The position numbers were made by a program, and so were the translations under genes. A stretch of DNA of 64,000 nt, from NCBI GenBank assembly GCA_002633005.1, contig NMRA01000458.1:296872-360871 (forward strand), written 5' to 3'. This DNA comes from Phoronis australis. Its lineage: Eukaryota; Animalia; Phoronida. Under the pieces are notes generated by a model, which was not told where the DNA came from, did not search any database, and saw only the letters and a list, made by a program, of their open reading frames with translations. Below, piece by piece: positions 25,101-37,500 of this stretch; the first letter of the stretch is position 1; each line of letters opens with the position of its first letter.

Positions 25101-28100
25101 ATCTGATACGACATAGTGTTAAACAATGCTACTGCCACAGTCACGTGAGGTCATATTATGTTAGCTGCAAGTAATCACAATACTTGCTCGAGTCAGTGTT
25201 TGACTTTCAGCATGGGTGCCGCAGCCAAAATACTTCCTTAACTAATGCCTAACAATGGCACACCTTGCCAGCATACAATACTTTTAGTGAATCTGTCTAC
25301 TTCTAAGATTGATGTAAATAGTTATTTACAATATAACGTAGCGCTGGAGTCTGGAAGTGATTACACCTACTACTTTATCAAATTGTTTGTTTTGCAATTA
25401 TTTCGTCCTTTGTTAAATTAGCTATTTTAATTGTAATATTTGCTGCACATCAGACTTATTTGGGAACGTGTTTATTTCTGTTGGCAGTTTTTTTTTATCT
25501 TACCTCTGATTCATTTTATTGCATGTATTTGGAATTTTTATGGCATTTGACAAATAAACCAATGTAGCTAACAGACATCGGTGCAGTGAGTGGGTAATCT
25601 TTCCAGGATCGGGTGTTATAACAACACTATGAGCTACAAAACCCCGCCGTTGACAGGATTTTTGAAAAAGTGCATAGGCCATTCCACAGGCTTGAACTTG
25701 CGGGAAATGCGGAAGGCTGAAGACAACTACATTTTTCAAAAACTGTTATTTGGCTAAGCATAAATAAAAGTGAAGTTCATTATTCATTTTTATACATGAT
25801 CAAACTTCTCTCTACAGATTGATAGCGAAGACGAGTCTGATGACGAGTGACCTCCCATAGTACATCCTGCTTCCCCACGAGNTGATTACACCTACTACTT
25901 TGTTAAATTGTTTGTTTTGCAATTATTTCGTCCTTTGTTAAATTATTTATTTTAATTGTAATATTTGCTGCACATCAGACTTATTTGGGAACGTGTTTAT
26001 TTCTGTTGGCAGTTTTTTTTTATCTTACCTCTGATTCATTTTATTGCATGTATTTGGAATTTTTATGGCATTTGACAAATAAACCTATGCAGCTAACAGA
26101 CATCGGTGCAGTGAGTGGGTAATCTTTCCAGGATCAGGTGTTATAACAACACTATGAGCTACAAAACCCCGCCGTTGACAGCATTTTTGAAAAAGTGCAT
26201 AGGCCATTCCACAGGCTTGAACTTGCGGGAAATGCGGAAGGCTGAAGACAACTACATTTTTCAAAAACTGTTATTTGGCTAAGCATAAATAAAAGTGAAG
26301 TTCATTATTCATTTTTATACATGATCAAACTTCCCTCTACAGATTGATAGCGAAGACGAGTCTGATGACAAGTGACCTCCCATAGTACATCCTGCTTCCC
26401 CACGAGTGGCATCGATATCTAGGTAAGTCTACTTATACGGAATTTCCCGTACATTTAAACTCGAAACAAATTCTTAAACGCGTCCTCATCTAAACTTGCT
26501 CTTCTCTTCAGTCCGAAATTATTCTAAAACGAGACATTTTGAGCCAACGCTTTAAGCGGGCTTGACTACGGAGTTTCTTCATTTGAATTTTTCATGGGTT
26601 GTAATAAATTCAAAGCTGACATTTACATTTTTGAAATATGTTGTATATTTTTTTGTAATTAACCTGATGCAAAATCATTTCATTTGTGAACAAATTGTTA
26701 CGTGTATAACGAATAGGTACCTGAATATATTTATTTCCTTTCAGTGATATTGTTCCTGGTACATTTGAAGCACACCCGGATGTCCAAGAAGTGATCGACA
26801 GAATAATACAAGAGACTTGTGAAGCTAGTGAGTGTTACACTATGTGGTGTTGAAAATGCAACTTTTTCACACATATACCTTCCTTCAACACGTATTCAAT
26901 AGGAAAACAAAACAATTTGAGACTGATACCGAAATTATACGCCTAGACGCATTCATTGAAAACAAAACGATGAGCTTTATGGTGAAAAGAAATGTGTGAG
27001 GTCGGCAAAACGATATCAAAACAATTTGCAAATTTTGTTTGAAATGATACAAAAATTATATATTAATAGTAACATTTTCAAAAAAGATGTAATCCAGTGG
27101 ACGCCGCCTTAATAAGCACATAAATTCCCAAAATTCATAGAGTTATCTCTTAATTGATTTTAGGGAAAGCAAGGAGCCAGTAACAGTTCTAAAGGCTTAC
27201 AGAAGTGCTTTCTTGAAAGGACGCGCACTGGATGTTTTAGATATGTCCGCTGTACTGGACGGTGAAGTAAGCGACATATTTTTATCTCGTAGTCGTTTGT
27301 GGGAAACTGCAGTGGAGGAAATCACTGCACTAAATAATATTCGATTTCCTCTCCGCGTCATCTTCTACGACGAAGAAGTGGAACACTTGGGAGGACCTCG
27401 ACGCGAGTTCCTGACACTAGCTCTCAAACACGTGCGAGAGAATCTTTTAGTGTCAGATGAAGAGGACTCCCTGACAGTAAAATCACGACAACTTGGGATT
27501 ATCACGCCACCACTACTTCGTAGCAGGAATAATCTCAGGTACATTGCATTCAGGTCATTACAATGTAACGACGCTGTTATTATTGAGTAAAAGAAATTAA
27601 TCTATTCAAGATCAGTCAGATTTATTGCATGTCTGGTTTATCTTTTAATAGTCTGCCGTACGTGTGAGCAAGTGCTCAGAAATAGCAGTCAGCAATGCCA
27701 GTGAGGCAATGTTTCTGTCAGCTCATACACATATTACTATTGTGGTATTCAAATGTATAGAAACAGTGCACCATATGGCTTTGTGTGAGCCAAATATCAG
27801 GTGCCAAATCAATACAGTTAGTGAAGTCTTGAACTATTATTTTGTTATAGCGCCAAGTGCACATCAGCCGGGTCCGCAACATACTTCACCACTCGGATGC
27901 CAAGTACCGGACAGACGCGTAAATTGCTGGAAAGAGCTGTCCGTACTGTACAAAGATACATGTAACCCCTGGTGTGCAGCTGTTCTTGTCAACCTACACT
28001 CTTCATGAATTCACAGGACTCTCCCTCCTGGAAGGAGGACCCCGACCGTCATTTCTGTTTAACATAGTTGATCAAGAAGATGTCTCTGAAGAGCGCAACA

Positions 28101-29347
28101 GTTCATACAAGGAGTCAAACGGACCGAGCTTCTTCAGGTAGAGACTTTGATTAAATTTAAAAGCTCGGACTTGTACACATATAAGTCATGGGCGACCAAA
28201 TAAAGCACAACTTTTGACTAAAATGCTTTCGTCTAAATTCATTTATAATTCTCTTTGATTTTTGAAATGGTGCCCTAGTTAACCTTGATCGGGATCAAGA
28301 GAACTCAAAAATGCTCCAAAACCTGACCCCCAGTGTTCAAATACAAAAGGAATTTACCAATAATGAGACGTGATTTTCAGTTGTTGGAAGTGAAACCTAG
28401 CACGAGGTTCCTACTCATGCCAGGAACAGATGGAAAGCAAATGACTGTCCGTATTCTACAAAAGCTTTTAAAGCCCTCATTTTCAACCCTTGGCTCTGTA
28501 AGACGCGAGCGTGAAGAGGAAATATACAGGAAGTTCATCAAGTACATGAGAAAAGCAGCAGGTATACTACTTACATACATGTGCACTCATGCCTGTACAT
28601 CTCACTGATAAGTTATTGCACTGGCTCCATAAAAAACGCCGATTTCCAGTAATCACTTACCAAAATATGACTGGTAAAATCCGGGAATTTTGGTACCAAA
28701 TATTTCCTGGCAGGTGATGAGACATTTATTTCATTGCATGCTTCCACCTAGCTCTAAGTACAATCCTAAGTTCCCTTAGTGACAAAGTAAGGGATCACTT
28801 TCTACATGCAATGTCTAAAACTGGTTTCAATTGAAACTTTCTTCTTACAGATTTTACCTTGAATTCAGAATAAGGCTCACAAATGACCCATTGAGCTGCT
28901 GATGTATATGTATATGAAGTACAGGCAGTGAGCCAGAGCTCCCAATGAATTATTCACTACACACGTCCAGCCATACTTCCATATATAAGAATCAAATAAA
29001 ACTTGAAAGAATGGCAATAATAACAAAGATTTTAGTAGAAATATCTATTCAAATATAAATTGTTTGCTTCTCTTGCAGCTGGTTGACGAGGTGATGCCTC
29101 GCTGCAATCTATTCTGCGTTTTGTCACAGGGTTGGAAGTAATGCCAACTGTAGATTTTGCAGTGCATCCTTCCATTTCGTTTGTGCCTGTGCATAGCAAT
29201 CAGACATTTATCCCCACGGCCTCAACTTGCTCTAATCTGTTAAATTTGCTTGTGGAACCATTGCCACCGCTGAGAGCACCTACCCCAGGGAACTTGTTCG
29301 ACCTGTATGATATGGCGTTTTCGAACACATATTTTCTGAGCAACTAA
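22160..29347 (+). pseudogene. Multi-exon HECT E3 ubiquitin ligase (G2E3-like, transposon-associated type) pseudogene
   Basis: Spliced segments: IYIRPIQR..CIRCQHEFPVSRLRSHLRLC (UBZ-like), HMG-like WNGLSAITKKQYKEKA, HECT FYDEEVEHLGGPRREFL, HYFVAGIISG|LSLLEGGPRPSF, LQSILRFVTGLEVMP, FIPTASTCSNLLNL (catalytic Cys). +1 frameshift near 27480; TGA at 29084-29086 and near 26373. Confidence 0.8.
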
Positions 29348-30920
29348 AACGTTTTAAGAAAAGTTAGAAGGAAAAATTTCAAAGATTGAAAATTTGATCT
29401 GTAATAAATTTCAGGAGATGTCCAAGAAAATTAGTAATCTTGAGAAAGAAAACAATGACTTACATGAACAGCTGAGAAAGCACAAACATGAAGACAAACC
29501 ATCCACGAGTTATGCAGACATTTTAAAATGAGACGACATGTCTTCTTGGAATAAAGCTTGTGCAAAAGAGGAAGCAGAGAATATTGTTAAGAACATGTGT
29601 ATGAAAAGCAGTAGACGGTGACAACCAAGACGAGCCGAAGTCATGAGAATGTAAAGGAAAAACATGCAAGAATTCAAATGAATAAAAAACATTTGAATCG
29701 ATAGGAACTGTTGCTTTGGTTGGAGATAACAACTTCAAAGCATTATTATACGACAAAGAGATGTCTCAGAGGGCAGACAAGTACAATATCATCAAAAGAA
29801 TTATACGTGGCAGAAGTGCTACTCAGGAATGTGAGATGTATCGACAAACAATTATAGTTAAAACAGTTACTCTTCAATTTGGTAGAAATGACCTTGCAAA
29901 TACTGCCTCAAGAATAGAAAGATGATTGTGAAATGCAGCACAAAGTTTTTAAAGTGATCTGTGGCACTTTGATAGAATTAGCAAGGAAATACAGCCGATC
30001 TTCAAAGTGTTAAGTTGGAATTATTATGCCAAGTTTCGGAAGTGATACCAATCCATATTTCACTAAGCGATTTAATGAGATGTGCATGAAAGAGGGACCT
30101 GCTAGGTTCTTATGCCTTTATAAGACTATAACGATGCAAAAGGATGAAACGGACCTTGACAAAGAATTGAAGACAAAATTACACCAAGGCATTCATTTCA
30201 TATACAACTTTTATAAAGAGATTGTAGAAAGTAGCGTACAACGAATGGATTTACCACATGATCTGTGGATACAGAAATGGCAGATAACATTGATTGGTTG
30301 GCGATATACCAAGAGAAATGCAACAGATGTTTGAAGGGTTTCATGGTGAATTCTATGCGTATAAAGTCACTAGTGTAGATTATGTAGTACTACTGGACAC
30401 AAAGAAGCATGTCGTTCACAGTTCTTGAGATGTATGTTTTGTGAATGGACATGATAGACGTTCCTGCCAAGTGAGGAAGTAAAATGCTTCCATGATTTGA
30501 AAGATATCATTGACATTAAATTGCTCCTAGATAAACGTCCTAAGAATTTGCATCAATGCCTGACGACTTTCTTTGAAGTCTCCTTAGTCTGTGGCATTAT
30601 TTGTCACATATAAATGCACATTTTAACATAAATTCCATTATTTTCAGGGTGTCAATCGTGTGAACGGACGTTTGATATAAGCATTTGAACTGTTGCACAA
30701 GGTAAACATATCAAGAGAGGAACACCATTTCTGGAATAACAAAGTTGTGGAAGCCATGATTAAAGTGGAACTGAGAGGAGCACAGAGTTTACCAAAAAAG
30801 TGGCACCACTTAAACAGACAAATACTGAACCAGGAAATATTTGCCATGCAGTGGGAAAGACTAAAACCAGGAAAGACCCATGGCAAAAACAAACTTAAGA
30901 CTCATAGCTTAAAATAATCT
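29343..30920 (+). mobile_element. Most complete copy of the coiled-coil + SGNH-esterase ORF1-like module (degenerate)
   Basis: EKLEGKISKIENLICNKFQEMSKKISNLEKENNDL..SYADILK, LVGDNNFKAL, VTLQFGRNDL; many stops; homologous to 17632-19657. Confidence 0.6.
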
Positions 30921-31526
30921 GAATGCAGAGCCCATTCTGTTCAAAAGGATCAGACTAATTCTTTTCGCAAAGCAGATGGCACTGGTTTTTTCACCAATTC
31001 CTTCAACCGTTTAGATCTACTAGTATCAACTTGACACGTTGAGAGCGCAGGCAGCAATCGCTACTTATTCGATTTGTGAATTCGTTATTTCATACTTAAT
31101 TAATAAGATTCAAGATCTCAGTTTATTATCAATGTTTTTGGTGGAAACTTTATAAGAGGTTACCGTTGTACCATTGAGAAGCTTCACAGCATTGGGGGTC
31201 ATTATAGGGCTAATCTAGAATAGTCTGATTTGCCAAAAGTCACAAAGCCCTTCAATTATTGCTTACAGCTAATAGCCATAATTGAGATGAATCACTGTAA
31301 CAGTTTCATCATGTAATGATATCAGTTTCAATACAAATTTATACCTGCACCGAGACAGTTTAGACTGCAATCTCTGCCCATAAAAACCTTAAATGAATGT
31401 AGAAAGAGATTTCGTAAAAATTCAAAATAGCTGTGCACAATATCTTGAACATAAATTGTTCACTCTTAACAATGAGGTATGCATGTTCCACGTGGTTATG
31501 GAATGGCATCACATAAACATCACTTG

Positions 31527-34500
31527 CTAACTCAATGCACAACACCTCAACATATGTGGCCCACCAAAACTGCACGACATACACAGTTTGGCAGCCATTT
31601 TGATATGCATTGCAGGGTACCTTCTCTTGCACACATGACAAGTTTCGAAGCCTGGAAGTTGCTGGATCTTGTGCCGGATGCAAAGCCCAGCCTCTTGAGT
31701 TGAGTTGAGCACTGGATTGCCACATACTATACATGACTGACCATGAGGAAAGTTGGCCATTGGATTTCTCTGATTCACGCAGAATGAACAGATGTACAAC
31801 TTTTGTACGTTTGCCATCTGACCTCGCATGCTGCACCGAATTTTCTGCAGCAACAAGAGTAAAGAATTAGTCAACATAGTTGCACTGGTATACCAAATAT
31901 CATATTTATGACTATTTGTTTTGCTTTCACAATCAGTTTGGCAAAAATATATATTTCATGACGTCAAAGTGGTCTCAAATCAGCCAGAAATAAAATGGTC
32001 ACCGAGAGAGAGAGAGTTCCACATTGGCACATAGTATGGAGTTTGCAGCAAGAACAAATGACCTAAGAATCATCATTTAACACCAACTACACTATGGCGA
32101 ATGTATGAATCATACTGAAGGGTACTTACATCAGTGTAAATATGACGATAGTACTGAGGCTTGCCCTGAAGAAACTGAAGAAGCCTACAAACACAACATA
32201 TTCCATCAGTTGGTTACAACTAACAACATCAACCAATTGGAGTACATCAATGACTTGAGGTAGTACTTTCATTTCAGTGCCACACGCATGCGACATATCC
32301 TGGCTCTGTGTTATCATAGCAGGATCATAAGAAAGGAATGTTTTGATCACACCATGCTCAGCAAATTAAATACTATTGAAAACGTGTATGATTTCCAATA
32401 TTTTTCTGAGTGTGTACAGTGTACATCCTAAAATAAAAAAGTTTCAAATAATATTCATATAAAATAGCACCACAAACTTGGATAGTCATCTTGTTGCATC
32501 ACAATTGGCCACTAGGTTGAATTCACTTAAGTGAACCACAAATCTTCAAAAAATTTCGATCATTGATTTCCTTCTGCTGAAGTCTATGTGCCATAGTATG
32601 GTGACTTTTATTCATTTCCCCAGTTTCTAAATGCTGTCTAATTCCTTGGAATCCATTGGTCTCTGAAATTTCACATCAACATCCAAAAAGATGATATCTG
32701 ACAGTGCCACGTAACCAAGTTTTTCATTGGTCAGTCAGACACAGCCTTGAAAGAGGTTGACCTGTATGCAAATTATAATTAATACACACTTGTATTTAAG
32801 ATCCTAAGTTTCATTGGTTGGACCTTGAGCTTTAGACTATTTTTGTCACTTCACAAATACATTAACTTTCTAGATATTCTTTAATTTCGTTTAACTGATT
32901 TTTATGCCCTAAAAGTGTAGACTAAATCCAACAGATTGTAGGGTTGACACTATCGCAAGTCTGAGTGAAGGATATTTTTAAAAAAGCATAGAGCAAGTCA
33001 TCTAGAAAAACTTAGGGCCCTATCACACCTAAGAGAATATAGTTCTCCGTACAATCATGAAAGCCAGCTAACAGGAACAACTGACCAAACACAATGTTGC
33101 ATGTTTTTGGCAAAAGTTGCCTATTTGTGCCAAACTTTGGCAAGTTTCATAGAAATATTAAAACAGGCTAAAGCATTAAATTTTAAGAGAGTCCAGTGTG
33201 ACAGGGCATTTACTGGATTTTGCAGAACCAGCTCATTCCTTCACCTGGGCCACCAAAGCGTTTCAATTCTTTGATCAAAATATTTATTAAGTAAGATGCT
33301 CCTAAAGACTAGAATTACATTTTTCTCATTGTTAAGTAAGATGCTCCTAAAGACTAGAATTACATTTTTCTCATTGTATCAGAAACTGTAAATGAGTATC
33401 ATTTCATATGAGGAATTTAATCTTCAAGCCTAAAATGCATGATGTAGGTGTGATTGACAACTGTCAACTCTTACCATTAATCCATTCATTCACTCACCTT
33501 GACTTGTTGCCACTTTGCAGCACATGATGACACAGTTCCCCAATCATAGTGGTGTCCTTCGTGTTGCTGTATTTGGAGTACAGACAATCACTGACGTGTG
33601 TCGACCACACCACTCGGTCACTTGGATCCCCTAAGACCAGCTCAGTGGTAGCCTAATACAGATTCAAAATTAAACATAAATGGCTCTGTTCCATAGATGG
33701 AAATGAGAAATAGGTTTGTCAATGGACTCTGCAGATATTTTCACCAAGAGTTTCTTGTGTTATTCACAATTCACTTTAACAGTAAAATATTTTAAAATTG
33801 ATTCAGTCATATAATTTGCAGATGATTTCATTGACTTAGCAAGAGTTGGCTGTGGAAATGCCACGGAAGGTTTGAATTTCCAATGAGTACTAAATGTTGT
33901 AAGCAGTCAATTTTTACGACATACATTAACAGTATAAGCATAAGGTTAAGTATCCTTAAACCATGACTTGTGAAGTTACATACATGTTACACAACCTCCT
34001 CTGACCAACACAACAGCAATGTTTTGATAAATAGAAAACTTAATGTATTCACACAAATTGACATGATGAACAGACAACTTCGATTAGTCAGTTAGTGCCA
34101 GTGGCAGTGGAGGCAACAGTTACTACAATTTCTTTATTTCCCTTTTGAGTTACCTCAAGATCCTATGTTAGCTAGAGTGGCACATACTAATCAATTTGAA
34201 CCGTCACATTTGATTGTCTTTTGCTATGTGTATGCCTGATGTAAGCAATTTGTCCGATATACGCATACTGAGGTGATGGTGAGAGCGAGGAGAGAGTAGA
34301 ATGCACATTGATCCCATTACAAGTTGTATGAAGTTATAATAAAGCTCAACAAAGTCAGGGTCCATACCATTATTCACCTTACACCCAACATGTCTCGGCC
34401 TTTTACTCGAGTACTTACAGTTTGTATCACATCAGAAATGGAGTAACCACACCAAAACACTGACCTGTTGAACAGCTGTGTGGATAAACAGTATCCTTTC

Positions 34501-37500
34501 ACTCGACCCTGACACGTGACGCACAAATGGCTTCAGTTGACGGCAGATAATTGCCCAAGTTATTGGTGGTACCATGGGAAGGTCTGCGTCACCAAGAAGA
34601 CAGAGTACATCATCGCTGGTGACACCATACAACATGCTGCCCATAATGCACAGAAACTGAAAAATGAAAAAGTCAACGAATAAACAAAAGATTGGGAGCG
34701 TAGACATAAATCTTTTGCACAATGATCCTGATGGTACTTGTGATTATTCAACCTCAAAAAAATAGAAAATTTTGTGCAACCTCCTTTCCGATCTCTTATA
34801 ACATCCACCTCTAACCTAAAAGTACAACTCACCTTTTTCATGCAGCCTGTTTCATCTTCATCAATCAGCCTCTGTAGAATGTCTCTGACAAGACCATTCA
34901 GGGAGTCGGGCAGATTACTGATCTTCTGCGTCACCATGGAGAATTCGCCAAATGTTCGAAGCTCTTCGCAAGCAATTGACAACCACAGTGGTACATCAGA
35001 CGCTGGGTTGGACAGAAGTAGTCTCATTTGATTAGGGTCAAGTCTCTAAAAAAGAAGTGTTAATTTTGCAAAGTTTTACTCCATAATAAAAGTATAAATG
35101 AGATTTCTACATCACTAAAAAAAATTTCGAATGTGATAGCTTTTGATAGGTTACGTTAAAGTAACATTTCACCATACCACGGATACTACAAGACACCTGG
35201 GAAGGACAGAAAAGAAACAAGACCTTGGTTCTTTGCCACGCAGAGTACAAGACAAAATTTACATTCGGTGATTGGGCGAGTGGCTAAGTATATCCCTGAC
35301 ATAATGTAGTCTGCACTTCTGCACATCTCAGTAAACAAGTAACAAATATGCAATGTGAGCATCACTCGCTAGACTCTCAACAACAACATGAATACCTCAA
35401 AGAAAGTATATGGGTAACACCAGAAGACACCTGGTGAGAAACTGAGTAGACAACATAGACATCAAATCATGAACATTCTGGGCAAAAAATTATCATACCG
35501 TGTTTGGGGTATACAAAGGTCCCTGCACATAGCATAACAGTGGTGCTATCCTGTTCACGTACTTCATCAACCTTCATACCCGCAGGACTGCTTAAGGGAA
35601 GCATCGGCCTTAAGCTTATGGCTAACCACCAGGCCTTCATCAGCCTTGAGCTTATGGCTAACCACCAGGCCTTCATCAGCCTTGAGCTTATGGCTAACCA
35701 CCAGGCCTTAATCTACAGGGTGTCCAGAGTGTCCAAATGGAAACCCTGAATCAATTTTAGACACCCCGACTAGAATGCCCTTGTTCTGCATTTGGACCCC
35801 CAAGCAAAGCAACCATTGTTTCTTTTAATGTGCCAACAGCAGCACTGGGACCTCATAGTCCGGTCCAGGCTTACTTCTCCGCAAACAATTAATAAACAAA
35901 TTTGAATGCTCTGAATGTAAAATTTTCTGCTACTCTTGACTTACCTTGTTATAGCGACCAAAGTACCGCTCTGCCAAAGTCTGACGGCAATCAATGCCCA
36001 ACAGAGGGAGCTCCATGGGCACACAGTGCGTAAGACGAGCGGAAGTAGGAGAATCATCTGACCTGGCACTCACAATGCAACAAACGTTTCTTGGAAACAA
36101 TGGCGGAAGTAAATCCAAATAATAACTACTGCTGTGGTCATGCAACTGTAATAATAACCATATGGTGAGACGAAATATTCACTGACAGTAACGCAATTTG
36201 ACTTATCCAGACGATCCTTATTCATGAATAGTGCAAAATTAATGGGATCACTGCACTCTTTCCCAGCGCAACGAGCGCTAGCACTGTGAAAAGATCATGT
36301 AACATGGGTTCTCATTTACTAACAGAACAAAGTAATATTGTAACATTCTGATTGGTTGGAAAATAACAATCGGACATGTTGATTGATGAAATGCACATGA
36401 ACAATGCTCCCTCTATTGAGAAATGTCTCTGCAGCTTGCGGCTGCAACACGACAAGACAACTAAAAGAAACTGTCACTGACAGCTAAAATGGTGAAACAA
36501 TGCTGAGAAATATTTCTACAGTGACACGCCATCTTGTTCACTCTGTGCATCCACTATGTGGCATTGTTGTCTGGACAAGTCTAAAATTTCCTGATTACAT
36601 AGGTGTATATCCTATGGAGTTGGAATCGTAATCCATCTCTGCTTAGGTTAGAGTATGGTGATTCTCCAACCCTCTCTCGAATCAATTTGGTTCCAAATAT
36701 TGTGGACGCACAGAGTGAACAAGATAGCGAGTCGTTTTACAAGTATTTCTCAACATTATTCCACCATTATAGCCATGATTAACAGTTTAGCTTCTTATAT
36801 TGCATGTGAACAACATCAGATAACCTTTCATCAATATAAGATAGACTTATCTAAATGAATGTAATCCATACAGATAAGCGTTTACATTCACGGTAACAAG
36901 ATGTGAAACAAAACAACAAAACAAATCACTATACTTTTCCCGCTCATTCCTGCACCACATGTTTACAACATCCATAACAAGGCATGTGTATTAATGCCAA
37001 ATGCTAATTTCTAACTGTCGATCATAAGCCCTTCACATGGCCATTCTCCTGCATAGGTGGTGCTGCGACAGGGTGTAACTGTCAACAACTTTGCTGTCAC
37101 ATAGTAAAATTCTGCGTCCTTCAGAATTAGTCAAATCAACATGCTTAGCTTAACATCCTACAACAGGTGAATAGTTCAGGGCAGTTTTGCACTAACCTTT
37201 GCGAACATCAAAGAAAAAACATTCACCAGTGTGAGAGTAGTTCACAATTACCCTTTCATGTACCTCATTGAGTCCGTCAAGTATTATGACAATCCTCTTC
37301 CCGCTTTGCCTGCACTGATCCAGACAATCGGCCATTAGAGACTGACTACTACCATACCGGCTAAAGCCGCCCTTCTCTGTAACACAAGTAGGTATTGTGC
37401 TTCAAACCCACAATAAGTAAAACCAGTGCTTTAGAATCACTGAAGCCATTGTTTCATGCACATAGTAATCAATTCAAAGTATAACTTGTAGAATTAGACT

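Noticed and set aside
25358-26406. Tandem duplication of ~525 bp including a small HECT-gene exon
   Set aside because: Copies are near-identical and joined exactly at a single N (25882); most likely a contig-overlap/haplotype artefact, not exon duplication.
30335-30700. Possible USP-like His-box (VCGIICHINAHF) downstream of the esterase module
   Set aside because: Too degraded by stops and frameshifts to support a call.
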